The notes under the pieces: generated by a model
The model's database searches: none
What the model was told of the DNA's origin: nothing
What the model saw: only the letters and a program-made list of their open reading frames with translations
DNA from: a virus
Reading direction: 5' to 3' (one strand)
DNA length: 64,000 nt
IMG/VR virus record: IMGVR_UViG_3300025576_000001
Span: 12,217 to 76,216 of that record
Program-made: the position numbers and the translations under genes
Shown here: in pieces, positions 18,073-28,309 of the stretch
Layout: each line of letters begins with the position of its first letter
Position numbering within the stretch: the first letter of the stretch is position 1

Positions 18073-19394
18073 CGACCTTCGCCGAACAAAACGCGCAGGG
18101 CAACGCCTCCGACCAGGACTCGACCTCGCAGGGCCACGTCCAGATCATCCCGCTCGAAGGCACGCTGCCCACCATCGACCTGTGGGCCAGCGCGTTGCCG
18201 CTCAAGGGGATGGAGTTCCCAGGCGAGCAACGAATCTCGACGGGATACTACGTCGGCAACCCGGTGGCGACGCAGCAGCTCGGCGGCCCCACGAAACCGC
18301 CCAGCACGTGGATGGGGCATTGGATGGACGTCGACCTGGGCGAAGGTGGCGCCCGCGCACTGGTGCTCCAGTTCGAGAACCTGCGGGATCTCGGGATCCC
18401 GGTCGAGGTCCGCTGGGGTGGGCGGAACCTCGCGGCCGGCGAAGACCCGGCGGTGGTTCGCCGCGGTCTCATCAAGAAGTTCACGCCGAAGTACAATCGG
18501 CTCCAGGACGTCGAGTGGACGTGCGAGTGGGCGTGGCGAGGCGAGACCCAGCAGACGAAGCCGCCCACGTTCGCGTCCGATTCGTTCGCGACCAGCAACG
18601 ACTTCTCGGCTCTCCAGGACCAACTGGTCACTACTCAGGCCGACACTGAATCGTGGATGGACGTCGCATGGGGCATCCTCGGGACTGGTGCCAACGCGAT
18701 GCTGACCGTCTCGGACGCGCTCGACGACGTGCAAAGTTCCATCGCGAGCGGCATCAACTTGATCGACGGTGCCAGCGACATGCTGTCACAGATGGCCAGC
18801 CTGCCGAGCAACATCGCCGATCGCGTGCGCGGCATCTGTGCCCGCATCATCATCGCGTGCGCGAACGGCCGCGCAGCCCTGGGGGAGTTCTGCGGGCTCT
18901 GGCCTGGCGTCGAGGGCATCGCGACTGGCCAGGACATCACGGCGACGGGTGCGTTCATCAACCAGCAGGCCGGGCAGGCGAAGCTGGCGATGTTTCCGCA
19001 CGACGATCCGCTGGAGCACCTCGACGGGCAGACGGCACAGTACGACCTGATCCGGTCCTGGGATCTGCTGGCCCAGCAGGCTGCCACGGCCTCGGCGACC
19101 ATCGCGAGCCAGCAGGTCCCGGACATTATCGCGATCGTGAGACCGGCGGCCGGGACGGACCTGCGGGATCTCGCCGTCACCTACTACGGCAACGCGGACG
19201 ACTGGATAGCGATCGCCGACTACAATGACCTCGACAGCTCGGAGGTGCCCGCGACCGCGTCCGGTCCTAGCGACGACGGAGCGCCGCCAATCTACATTCC
19301 TCGCCTGACGAGCGACGTGGCGCTGCTCAATGATCTGTGGGGCGACAGCGGCACCACGACTTCTACATCCGGCTCGGGGGTGCCGTCGTCGTGA
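18069..19394 (+). CDS. tail tube initiator / baseplate protein with C-terminal LysM-like domain
   Basis: DLRDLAVTYYGNADDWIAIADYNDL resembles LysM/P2 gpX; follows the tape measure gene. Confidence 0.7.
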   Translation: MTTFAEQNAQGNASDQDSTSQGHVQIIPLEGTLPTIDLWASALPLKGMEFPGEQRISTGYYVGNPVATQQLGGPTKPPSTWMGHWMDVDLGEGGARALVLQFENLRDLGIPVEVRWGGRNLAAGEDPAVVRRGLIKKFTPKYNRLQDVEWTCEWAWRGETQQTKPPTFASDSFATSNDFSALQDQLVTTQADTESWMDVAWGILGTGANAMLTVSDALDDVQSSIASGINLIDGASDMLSQMASLPSNIADRVRGICARIIIACANGRAALGEFCGLWPGVEGIATGQDITATGAFINQQAGQAKLAMFPHDDPLEHLDGQTAQYDLIRSWDLLAQQAATASATIASQQVPDIIAIVRPAAGTDLRDLAVTYYGNADDWIAIADYNDLDSSEVPATASGPSDDGAPPIYIPRLTSDVALLNDLWGDSGTTTSTSGSGVPSS

Positions 19395-21580
19395 GCGAGC
19401 CTCGCCTTTATCGCCCAGCGTGGTTTATGCGTCTCTACGTCCGTCTGGAGGACTTCGGACAGACCGACGACTCCAGCGCGCAGGACGGATCGAAACCCTA
19501 CGGCGACGCCTCGACGACGCAACTCACGCAGTCGGCCGCCACCGAAAGCCAGCTCGCACAGGAGTCGGCTGGCGGTGGGTACTGTACGGCGACCCGCGCG
19601 AGTCTGATGTCGCTGTCGAGCCAACTTCAGCGCAGCGTCGCCAAGGGCAGCACGAAGTCGTCGGCGGGCGACAACGGCAAGGCCGACGAGTTCTCGGTAA
19701 ATTTCGTCACAGCCCCCATGGAGTTGTCGATCGAAGACAAGGGTTTCCGCGAGGCGGACGTCCTGGAGGCGTCGTTCCCGTTCGTCGACATGCCGCTGAA
19801 TCCGTTGATCGTGCGCGAGATTCGCGTCGAGGGCTGGGTCGGGACCGTGAAGGCTGTCGACTTCGCGAGCCCGCAGAACTGGCACCTCGAACCCCGCATG
19901 TCGAAGACCAGTGTGCTGCGGTTCAACGGCTACGTGGACCTGCCCGAGATGGAAGCCGACGAGAACGCCAACACGGTCCACGTCAAGGCGCGCAGCTATA
20001 TCGCGGTTCTCATCGACGGCAAGATCAACCCGCACGCCAAGGCGTACCGAATCCAGGGCACTGAGGAGAAGCTGACCGCCTATATCAACCGCATCCTGTC
20101 GCTGTACCCGCCGACCTCGGGCGACACCGGCGGCGACCCTTTCCGTGCCTACTGGTACGCGAGCCCGGCCGAGAAGGAGCCGACGCTTGGCGCGAAGACG
20201 CTCTACCGCTCGCTCCAGACGGCCAAGAGCCGAAACCAGAACGCGGGCCAGCCGCAGACCCAGCAGGCCAACTCGCAAGCCGATCCGGCCAATGAAGGGG
20301 CTGACCCCCAGGGCCAGGGCGGAACCGCCGGCACCGCCACGATGCCCCCCAAGGCGGTGAGCGACGACGGCATGAGCATCTGGGATCTCATCACACAGGC
20401 GTGCGAGTTGTGCGGTGTCCTGCCGATGTACAAGCCCAGCCTGCCGCCGTTCCCGGACCCAACCGCTGGCCAGGTATTCGGCGCTCTAGCGGCCACGGGA
20501 GGACCCAGCCTGACCAGCGCGGTCCCGATGATCGACCCGGCGAATTGTCTGCTCATCACACCCCCCGAGGCGTTCGCCGACGACGTGTCGAGCGCGACTC
20601 AGATCGCCGGAGGCGCACGGGATGGGTTTTCCCGCCAGTTCACGAAGGACGGCGGCGGCATCATCAAGTCAGACGTCCGCTTCATGGTCTGGGGCCACAA
20701 CTTGAGCAAGATGAAGCTGGCCCGCCAGATGGGGAAGTTGCGACCCGCTGGTGTCGAGGTACGCGGCTACAACATCGACGCCGACACGCCCGCGTTGGTG
20801 GCACGATTCCCCAAGCACAACCCGAAGAAGCCCAAGGGCAAGGGACGCTCCGCCCACAAGATGACCGAGAAGGGGGGCGGCAAGATCGACGTGATCCGCA
20901 CATTCGTCATGAAGGGCGTGCGGAATCAGCAGATGCTCGACGATGCCGCCAAGTCGATCTACCAGCAGCTCTGCCGGCCCGAGCTGACGATGAGCCTGGA
21001 GACCGACGAACTGGCCAGCTACATCGACCCCGCGGCGTCCATGCAGGCCGGCAGCCTCGTCGAGAATCACAACGACAACCCCGACATCTTGCGGCTCTGC
21101 GCCGGCACGCCCGTGCATGTCGTGGTGGCGAAGAAGTCGACGAATCCGAACGACCTCACGATCTGTAGCCTCTCGGAGTTCTACGACCTTGGGGGCGATC
21201 AGATCACGGAACTGCTGACCAAGCAAAACGACCGCTGGGGCGCGTTTCGCGTCGACGGGACGATGGGCCAGCAGAGTATCGAGGCCACGGCGCGAAAGAT
21301 TCAGGCGGCGTACCGGGCGGCACGGCTCCCGAGCGTCTACTACTGCAAGGCCATCCGGCTGCAATTCAAAGCCGAGGACGAGTTCTTCCACTGTTCGATG
21401 GAGCTGGCGAACTACATGCCGGTCAACGACCCGTCCAATATGGACGCCGACACGCAGGCCGCGAACGACGAGCGCAAGAAGAAGCCGACCTCACTGGCCG
21501 ATAAGCAGGCGGCGGCACAGGCCCAGACGACGGCCGCCATCACCGACCGGGTCGGTCGCCAATCCACGGGGGGCATCTGA
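19391..21580 (+). CDS. baseplate hub protein (Mu gp44 / P2 gpD-like)
   Basis: GTGA overlap; SIWDLITQACELCG; lies between the LysM protein and the spike. Confidence 0.65.
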   Translation: MSEPRLYRPAWFMRLYVRLEDFGQTDDSSAQDGSKPYGDASTTQLTQSAATESQLAQESAGGGYCTATRASLMSLSSQLQRSVAKGSTKSSAGDNGKADEFSVNFVTAPMELSIEDKGFREADVLEASFPFVDMPLNPLIVREIRVEGWVGTVKAVDFASPQNWHLEPRMSKTSVLRFNGYVDLPEMEADENANTVHVKARSYIAVLIDGKINPHAKAYRIQGTEEKLTAYINRILSLYPPTSGDTGGDPFRAYWYASPAEKEPTLGAKTLYRSLQTAKSRNQNAGQPQTQQANSQADPANEGADPQGQGGTAGTATMPPKAVSDDGMSIWDLITQACELCGVLPMYKPSLPPFPDPTAGQVFGALAATGGPSLTSAVPMIDPANCLLITPPEAFADDVSSATQIAGGARDGFSRQFTKDGGGIIKSDVRFMVWGHNLSKMKLARQMGKLRPAGVEVRGYNIDADTPALVARFPKHNPKKPKGKGRSAHKMTEKGGGKIDVIRTFVMKGVRNQQMLDDAAKSIYQQLCRPELTMSLETDELASYIDPAASMQAGSLVENHNDNPDILRLCAGTPVHVVVAKKSTNPNDLTICSLSEFYDLGGDQITELLTKQNDRWGAFRVDGTMGQQSIEATARKIQAAYRAARLPSVYYCKAIRLQFKAEDEFFHCSMELANYMPVNDPSNMDADTQAANDERKKKPTSLADKQAAAQAQTTAAITDRVGRQSTGGI

Positions 21581-22311
21581 TGCCGCACGCATTCGGCACC
21601 GCGATTCGGCGGAACATCGATCCCCACGCGCTCGGCAAGGCGATCGCGCAGCCGGGGCTTGACCAGCGCTACTGGTGCAGCCAGGCGATCGTCGCCACCG
21701 TCGACACCGAGACGGGCGAGATAGACCCGACGGACAACCACGCGATCTACTGTGACAGTGCGGGCGTCGACGTGGACGTGGAGTTGCAGCCGCTCGGCCA
21801 GCCCTGTACCTGCAAATACGCCGGCATTTCGGCGGGCGACGTGACGATCTACGCGCCGATCCGACCCGGCGATCTCGTGCTGGCGGAGTGCCCCGACGGC
21901 GACCTGACGACGCCCGTCATCACCCACATCTTTCACAGCCGCTCGCGCCGTCAGCCCGTCAGCGGCGGGAAGCCCATCTTCGACAACAACCGCTTGCTCG
22001 TCTACGCCAAGAATGTCCCGATCGACATCCGCAACGCGGGCGGCGTCCAGGTGTTGATCGAGCAGGATGGAACCGTCACGACGACCGCCAAGGCGATCAA
22101 GCAGGGCGACTCATCGGCGAGCCAGCACGTCATGCACGGGGAGGCGTTCACGAGCGACCTGAACCAAGCAGTGCAGGACATCCTTGCGGACCTCACGACG
22201 GCGTTTACGACGCTGGGGCTCGGCGCTCCGACGTCGACGGCATCCATCGGAACGCTGGTGGCCGGTATCGCGGCCGGCACGTACCTCTCGACGAAAGTGA
22301 CCGCCTCATGA
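21580..22311 (+). CDS. baseplate spike protein (gpV / gp45-like)
   Basis: YAPIRPGDLVLAECPDGD OB-fold-like motif; C-term LSTKV. Confidence 0.7.
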   Translation: MPHAFGTAIRRNIDPHALGKAIAQPGLDQRYWCSQAIVATVDTETGEIDPTDNHAIYCDSAGVDVDVELQPLGQPCTCKYAGISAGDVTIYAPIRPGDLVLAECPDGDLTTPVITHIFHSRSRRQPVSGGKPIFDNNRLLVYAKNVPIDIRNAGGVQVLIEQDGTVTTTAKAIKQGDSSASQHVMHGEAFTSDLNQAVQDILADLTTAFTTLGLGAPTSTASIGTLVAGIAAGTYLSTKVTAS

Positions 22312-22865
22312 GTGCCACCGGCGTCGCAATGGGGAACGCGATCCTGGCGTACAACCAGGCGGCGAGTGCTGCCTTTTTCGCTGCCCCCGGGAAGAAGAAA
22401 CCGACCCCGGCGGACTACGCGCAGTTGAACGTCTTGCTGACGCAGGCGCAGGGCAATGCCATCGTCGACAATCTGCCGGCACCGGGAACGACTGGCGGCG
22501 TGTCGGCCGTGGCGGCGGTGAATCTTCTGCCGGGCCAGCCGGTCTATGTCAACGGCACCACGGGGCAACTCGGGCTCGCGAGTGCATCCGTCTACGTGAC
22601 CAGCTTTGTCGCTGGCCTGGTAGTCGCCGCGACTGCCGCCGGTTTCATTGCGGATCTAGCGACCGACGTTCTCACGTTGCAGGACTGGACGGCCATTACA
22701 GGCAGCGCGTCTCTGCAGCCTGGTCAGGACTATTTTCTAGGCACGACCCCCGGCACGCTCTCGCTTATCGCTCCGACCGTGCAAGGACAGACGGCCACGC
22801 CGGTCGGGAAATCCGTTTCGACGACTCAACTTCTCATTCAACCCGGTCAACCAATTTTGCTCTGA
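22308..22865 (+). CDS. structural protein, paralogous to the next gene
   Basis: PGQDYFLGTTPG.L...PTVQGQ...VG...STT shared with 22876-23370. Confidence 0.65.
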   Translation: MSATGVAMGNAILAYNQAASAAFFAAPGKKKPTPADYAQLNVLLTQAQGNAIVDNLPAPGTTGGVSAVAAVNLLPGQPVYVNGTTGQLGLASASVYVTSFVAGLVVAATAAGFIADLATDVLTLQDWTAITGSASLQPGQDYFLGTTPGTLSLIAPTVQGQTATPVGKSVSTTQLLIQPGQPILL

Positions 22866-22875
22866 AAGGATCATC

Positions 22876-23370
22876 ATGGCAACTCGCACTCCTCTCGTCA
22901 TCGGGGCCAATGGGCTCATCCAGCAATTGCAGGCCGGCGATACGCTCGGCAGTATCGCAGCCGCCAAGTACAACAACGAGGTCTTTACGAACGGGGAAAG
23001 TTCGGCCGCCCTCGTGATCGGCGCGCCCGTCTACGATTCGGCCGCCGGTTCCGTGAAGCGCGCCGAGGCCAATGCTGCCGCCACGGCGAGCGTAACGGGG
23101 CTGTGGGTCGATGCCAGCACGTCCGCCAGCACTTCCGGCAATTGTGCTGTCGGCGGCATCCTGACCGCAACCACGACCCAGTGGGACGCGGTGGTGACGG
23201 GCGAAAGCGGCGGCCTGACGTTCCAGTCGTATTATTTCCTTGACCCCGCAAACGTGGGGAAGTTGACGACGACGGTTCCCTCGACCGTCGGGCAGCTCTT
23301 AGTTCTGGTCGGGCAGGCCATGAGCGCCACGGACATGCGGCTGATTCTCGCAGCGCCAATCCAACTCTAG
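22876..23370 (+). CDS. structural protein (decoration/fibre-like)
   Basis: AAGGA RBS; YFLDPANVGKLTTTVPSTVGQ...VGQA.SAT. Confidence 0.65.
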   Translation: MATRTPLVIGANGLIQQLQAGDTLGSIAAAKYNNEVFTNGESSAALVIGAPVYDSAAGSVKRAEANAAATASVTGLWVDASTSASTSGNCAVGGILTATTTQWDAVVTGESGGLTFQSYYFLDPANVGKLTTTVPSTVGQLLVLVGQAMSATDMRLILAAPIQL

Positions 23371-23373
23371 GCC

Positions 23374-23925
23374 ATGGCCAACCGAGCCCCACTCGTCATC
23401 GGAAGCAACGGACTGCCCCAGCAGGCGCAGTCAGGCGACGGCGTTGCATTTCCGGGCACCGTCGCGCCCTCGACCACCAAGGGCATCGTCGGCACGACCG
23501 GGGCCGACAACGCCCAGGCCGGCAGCGTGGGGGAGGCCATCACGGCAACGGTCGCCACCGGGTCATCCATCTCGCTCACGTCGGTCACGAGCGCCAACGT
23601 GACCAACATCGCGTTGACGGCTGGCGATTGGGACGTGTGGGGATGCGTCTGCTTTACCTTGGCCAGCACGACCACCATGGGCTACCTGAGCGGCGGCATC
23701 AACTCGACATCGGCCGCGCTGCCCGCCAACAATGCAGGCGTCGGGACGCTGGTCGGAGCGGGAACGAACGCCGTGGTGGATGTGACCGTTGACCCGGTTG
23801 TGTCCATCGCGCCCATTCGGGTCAACATCTCGGCAAGCACAACCTACTACCTCGTCGCCCGGGCGAAATTTGGCACCTCGACCTGCAAGGCATACGGGAC
23901 CATTTACGCGAGGCGCCGCCGATGA
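23374..23925 (+). CDS. structural / fibre protein
   Basis: N-term paralogous to 22876; C-term LTAGDWDVWG...STTYYL...A.F...GTIYARR beta-sandwich. Confidence 0.65.
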   Translation: MANRAPLVIGSNGLPQQAQSGDGVAFPGTVAPSTTKGIVGTTGADNAQAGSVGEAITATVATGSSISLTSVTSANVTNIALTAGDWDVWGCVCFTLASTTTMGYLSGGINSTSAALPANNAGVGTLVGAGTNAVVDVTVDPVVSIAPIRVNISASTTYYLVARAKFGTSTCKAYGTIYARRRR

Positions 23926-24767
23926 TCTCCAACCCATTCGCTCGCGCGGGCTTCGAGCAAGGCGGCCAGCAGACCGGCAGCGGCGGGTCTTTCCACGTCG
24001 CCCGGGCCATCAGCGTGGGCGGCCAGATCATCCGCGTGGTATTCAGCAGCCCCCCAAAGGCCAAGAGTTCGGGCGCGCCAGACGATGCCCTGAATGCCGC
24101 CAACTACCAAGTCTCGGTCACGACCGGAACCGGCGATACTCCGCAGTCCATCGCGACCTTCGCGACCGTGACGCTCTGGCCAGCCTTCGGGCTGCGTGCG
24201 GCTGGCGAGGCGTCAATTGACCTCCAGGTAGACCGTCCCCTCATCGTCGGCATGAGCTACACAGTGACGGCCTCGCACGCCTTGGTGGCGGCCGACGGGA
24301 CGCCGATCGGCTCGCCCTACGGTTGGACGTTCAGCGGCTCCGCCAGGCCCATCCGCAAGCGGCAACAGCGCCGCGTGATCGGGCTGGTGGACTTCGCCAG
24401 CGACCCCTTCACGGGCGGGATTGCGGTCGACAAGTCGGGCGACTGGGCCAGCCAGGAGGGCGCGTCGGGAACCCGCAAGCGTATCTGGCGGATCGCCCTC
24501 ACGCCGTTCGGCGCGTTCTCGTTCCTGTCGAACTTCGGTCTCAAATACGACATCAAGAAGCCCGGAACCCTCAGCATCCTGGGCAGCCTGCGCACCGAGC
24601 TGAAACAGCAACTCCTGCAACAGCCCGACGTGAAGGACGCCAGTTCGTCAGTCACGATGGACCAGCGCGGGTTTCTTACCCTCACGATCAATGCGCAGAC
24701 CACGACGGGTCAGAAGCTCTCTGAGACCGTGCAGGCAACCCCCAGCGGAATGGTAACGACCCAATGA
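23922..24767 (+). CDS. baseplate wedge protein (gp25/gp46-like C-term, Ig-like N-term)
   Basis: RKRIWRIALTP.G.F..L.NFG...QL.Q.PDV; precedes baseplate J. Confidence 0.65.
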   Translation: MISNPFARAGFEQGGQQTGSGGSFHVARAISVGGQIIRVVFSSPPKAKSSGAPDDALNAANYQVSVTTGTGDTPQSIATFATVTLWPAFGLRAAGEASIDLQVDRPLIVGMSYTVTASHALVAADGTPIGSPYGWTFSGSARPIRKRQQRRVIGLVDFASDPFTGGIAVDKSGDWASQEGASGTRKRIWRIALTPFGAFSFLSNFGLKYDIKKPGTLSILGSLRTELKQQLLQQPDVKDASSSVTMDQRGFLTLTINAQTTTGQKLSETVQATPSGMVTTQ

Positions 24768-25873
24768 GCGCCATGTTCGTTTCACGCGCCGATTTGTTCT
24801 CCGTTGGTCGCGCCGCCATCGCGGGCACGCCTGGCATCCGCATCAACCCAGCCGTCATCGACATTCCTGGCAGCGATCTCAACCTCGCGGTCGGCGTCGA
24901 TGCCGTCCTGGGCGAAGAGGTGTCGATGCGGTCCGCCTATGCGATGCGGGGCGCGTTCGCGGAGCTGGCGCGCGGCAATCAGCTCGACCGGGTCATCTAC
25001 GACCGCTCGGGACTCCTGCGGTTCGGTGCCACACCGTCCAGCGTGGACCCGGTGTTGAGCCGACCGACCTCCACGAATGGCGCGGGAACCTACAAGGCCG
25101 GGTCGGTCGTCCAGACGGCAGATGGCACGCAGTTTGGCCTTGACAACGACGCCGTGTTCGGAGTTGCAGACCTGAGCGTGACGGTCTCGGCGACGGCCGT
25201 GACCTCGGGCGCCGATACCAATGTTGCGCCGGGCACCGTGACCGGCTTCTCGACTGCGCCCTTCGACTCGACCCTGACGGTCACGAACCCAGCGAGCGCG
25301 GCCGGCGGGACCGACGCCGAGAGCGACATCGCGTTCCTGGGGCGATACCGCGGCTACTTCCCGACGTTGTCGAGAGGCACGATGGGTGCCATCGAGTACG
25401 CGGCCACGCAGGTGCCGGGCGTCGCGGTCGCGACCGCAACCGAGATCGTGAACCCCAACAGCGGCTACCCCGCATCCATCGTGCAGTTGGTGATCGGGGA
25501 CGCAAGCGGCAACTCCACCAGCGACATGGTGACGGCCGTGGCCAACATGCTGCTCACCTACCGCGCGGGGGGAATTTTCGTTCAAGTTTTGACCGGCTCG
25601 GTATTCCAGCAGACCGTCACGTGGTCGCTGGCGTTCGAGACTGGAGTCAACGAAGCCCTCGCCCAGTCGCGCGTTCGAGCGGTGTCCGTGGCGGCCAGCC
25701 AGTTCCTCGCGCCGGGCGCCACGCTCTACAAGTCGACCCTCATCAGCGCGGCCAAGAAAGTGCCGGGCGTCATCATCAGCGACAGCTCGCTCGTCTATCC
25801 CTTGGGCGACGTCGAAACCACCAGCCCGGGCCAGATGATCCGAGTGGCATCAACGGCGGTGACTTTTCAATGA
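24764..25873 (+). CDS. baseplate J-like protein (Mu gp47)
   Basis: ARGNQLD; AGGTDAESD..F..RY; RGT..AIEYAA.QVPGV. Confidence 0.85.
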   Translation: MSAMFVSRADLFSVGRAAIAGTPGIRINPAVIDIPGSDLNLAVGVDAVLGEEVSMRSAYAMRGAFAELARGNQLDRVIYDRSGLLRFGATPSSVDPVLSRPTSTNGAGTYKAGSVVQTADGTQFGLDNDAVFGVADLSVTVSATAVTSGADTNVAPGTVTGFSTAPFDSTLTVTNPASAAGGTDAESDIAFLGRYRGYFPTLSRGTMGAIEYAATQVPGVAVATATEIVNPNSGYPASIVQLVIGDASGNSTSDMVTAVANMLLTYRAGGIFVQVLTGSVFQQTVTWSLAFETGVNEALAQSRVRAVSVAASQFLAPGATLYKSTLISAAKKVPGVIISDSSLVYPLGDVETTSPGQMIRVASTAVTFQ

Positions 25874-28296
25874 GCGATTCCGGGCCACTTACGCAGGCGC
25901 AAGCGTTGGATGTATTACGCCGCACCTGCGACCGTGCGTGGCTCGACGCCATGCTCGCCCAGCCCGACGGCGCCGCCATCATCGCCAGCAAGCTCGCGGC
26001 GTTCGAGGCCGCCAGTCTCGCGGTGACGGCGCAGGCAAACGCCACCATGATCTCGACGGCGCCGACTGGTCGTCCGGGCGTCTGCACTCTCGCGCTTCAG
26101 CGCTCGGACACCTCGGCGAGCGCCACGATCCCAAAGGGCTATACGTTCATCACCAACCTGGGCGTCGAGCTGACGGTCGCGTGCGATGTGCAGGTTGCAG
26201 TCGGGCAAGCGACGGTGGCGCTGCCACTGGTCACGACTCGCCAGATCGATCTGGTCAACACGGCCGCGAATGCGTTCGACGACATCCTGGACCCCGGCAA
26301 CTACCCGGACGCGGTGCTGGGAACGGCGAACCCTCCGGTGTTCGTCAGCCGCTCTCCCCGCGCCCTCGTCGCGAACCGCAGCAGCAACGACGTGAGCTGG
26401 CTCGACCTCACGAACCCACTGCTGCCCGTCGTGCTCGCGACCGTCACCGTGGGCGTAGGCCCACCCGGCGTCGCTTTCTCGCCGGACGGCACCCGCGCCC
26501 TCGTCGCGAATTTCGGCAGCAACGACGTTAGTTGGCTCGACCTCACGAACCCACTGCTGCCCGTCGTGCTCGCGACCGTCACCGTGGGCTCAGGCCCGAT
26601 CGGCGTCGCTATCTCGCCGGACGGCACCCGCGCCCTCGTCGCGAACCGCAGCAGCAACGACGTGAGCTGGCTCGACCTCACGAACCCACTGCTGCCCGTC
26701 GTGCTCGCGACCGTCACCGTGGGCGTAAACCCATTCGGCGTCGCTATCTCGCCGGACAGCACCCGCGCCCTCGTCGCGAATTACGGCAGCAACGACGTGA
26801 GCTGGCTCGACCTCACGAACCCACTGCTGCCCGTCGTGCTCGCGACCGTCACCGTGGGCTCAGGCCCGGTCGGAGTCGCTATCTCGCCGGACGGCACCCG
26901 CGCCCTCGTCCCGAATTACGGCAGCGCCAACGTGAGCTGGCTCGACCTCACGAACCCACTGCTGCCCGTCGTGCTCGCGACCGTCACCGTGGGCGTAGGC
27001 CCATACGGCGTCGCTATCTCGCCGGACGGCACCCGCGCCCTCGTCCCGAATTACGGCAGCGCCAACGTGAGCTGGCTCGACCTCACGAACCCACTGCTGC
27101 CCGTCGTGCTCGCGACCGTCACCGTGGGCGTAAACCCGATCGGCGTCGCTATCTCGCCGGACGGCGAGCGCGCCCTCGTCGCGAATTACAGCAGCAACGA
27201 CGTGAGCTGGCTCGACCTCACGAACCCACTGCTGCCCGTCGTGCTCGCGACCGTCACCGTGGGCACAGGCCCATACGGCGTCGCTATCTCGCCGACGGCG
27301 AGCGCGGATGTGTTCGGCGATTTCGTCCGTTGCCTCACCTACGTCTCCTCAACTCCCATCACAGGCGCGTCGAGCGACTGGCTGAGCGCCCTTGGCAATG
27401 AGCGCGGCTGCATTCGCCAGGACGGCGAAGACGGCGAAGCGTACCGAGCCCGTGTCCGCATGATACCCGACGCCGTGAGTCCGCTCGCCATCGCGCGGGC
27501 CGTGGACGCGACCGCAACGGCACTGCCTGAGCGCTGGCTGGCCGAGCCTTTCAACGACGGCGCGGATCCCAATGTGAAGCTCGCAGCGAATCTCGGGTTC
27601 TTCGACGGCTTCTTCTGCGATAGCGACTTCTGCGACGACCCACTCGGCGTGTCGCTGGCCGACAAGCAACCGGTGGCGAACCTCGAATGCTCGGGCATTC
27701 GCGAGAGTCGCGCCTACGTGCGGGTCGACCTCGTGGGGCAATTGCAAGAGCCCGACGGTCTTGTCCTGTACTGTGACGATGGTTTCTGCGACGACCCGCA
27801 GTGGGGCTACCCGGATGTCCACACCCACCCGGTCATCCAGGGAGCCGAGCAGGCGCTGCTGCAACAGATGCAACTCAAGGTGGCGGGCGGCGTGAACTTC
27901 GATGTCTACCTGGAGAACTCGGAGACGCTCGTACAGCAGGGCACCTTGAGCGGCACCACGAGCGCAGGGGGTACGCCGGTCATCACGCTTACGCCAGTGG
28001 CCGGAACTGCCTGGTATTTGCGCGAGGGTCTGCTGACCGCCGACATGGGCAACCGCCACTGGGCAGTCACGGGACAGGGCATCGCGGTACGGCTCACGCT
28101 CGACGATGGGTCCACGCTGCAAACCCCCTGGGCGCAGGGCGTGGTGTCGCTGCGCTCCTATGAGCTGGAGGCGCTCGGCTACCGAGGCCAGCGCGTGACC
28201 AGCATCGAGTGCTTGGGGCTCACGCTCTACGACCTCGAACCGCCCTACAGCATGAATTTGATCGGTAGTTTCACCGTGAATACGGCTACACTCTAG
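25870..28296 (+). CDS. baseplate wedge protein with inserted 7-bladed YVTN-type beta-propeller
   Basis: ATGA overlap with J; seven 45-aa repeats, then LGNERG..RQDGEDGEAYRARV, a wedge-protein motif. Confidence 0.75.
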   Translation: MSDSGPLTQAQALDVLRRTCDRAWLDAMLAQPDGAAIIASKLAAFEAASLAVTAQANATMISTAPTGRPGVCTLALQRSDTSASATIPKGYTFITNLGVELTVACDVQVAVGQATVALPLVTTRQIDLVNTAANAFDDILDPGNYPDAVLGTANPPVFVSRSPRALVANRSSNDVSWLDLTNPLLPVVLATVTVGVGPPGVAFSPDGTRALVANFGSNDVSWLDLTNPLLPVVLATVTVGSGPIGVAISPDGTRALVANRSSNDVSWLDLTNPLLPVVLATVTVGVNPFGVAISPDSTRALVANYGSNDVSWLDLTNPLLPVVLATVTVGSGPVGVAISPDGTRALVPNYGSANVSWLDLTNPLLPVVLATVTVGVGPYGVAISPDGTRALVPNYGSANVSWLDLTNPLLPVVLATVTVGVNPIGVAISPDGERALVANYSSNDVSWLDLTNPLLPVVLATVTVGTGPYGVAISPTASADVFGDFVRCLTYVSSTPITGASSDWLSALGNERGCIRQDGEDGEAYRARVRMIPDAVSPLAIARAVDATATALPERWLAEPFNDGADPNVKLAANLGFFDGFFCDSDFCDDPLGVSLADKQPVANLECSGIRESRAYVRVDLVGQLQEPDGLVLYCDDGFCDDPQWGYPDVHTHPVIQGAEQALLQQMQLKVAGGVNFDVYLENSETLVQQGTLSGTTSAGGTPVITLTPVAGTAWYLREGLLTADMGNRHWAVTGQGIAVRLTLDDGSTLQTPWAQGVVSLRSYELEALGYRGQRVTSIECLGLTLYDLEPPYSMNLIGSFTVNTATL
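26359..27296 (+). repeat. 7 x 135-bp near-identical coding tandem repeat
   Basis: Unit RALVAN..SNDVSWLDLTNPLLPVVLATVTVG..P.GVAISPDGT starting at 26359, 26494, 26629, 26764 and onward. Confidence 0.95.
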
Positions 28297-28309
28297 CAAG
28301 GAAAACAAC

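Noticed and set aside
26359-27296. Regular repeats resembling a CRISPR array (also at 52336-52660 and 56859-57085)
   Set aside because: Unit lengths are multiples of 3, in frame within proteins, with no unique spacers and no cas operon; the Cas4-like gene is a recombination exonuclease.
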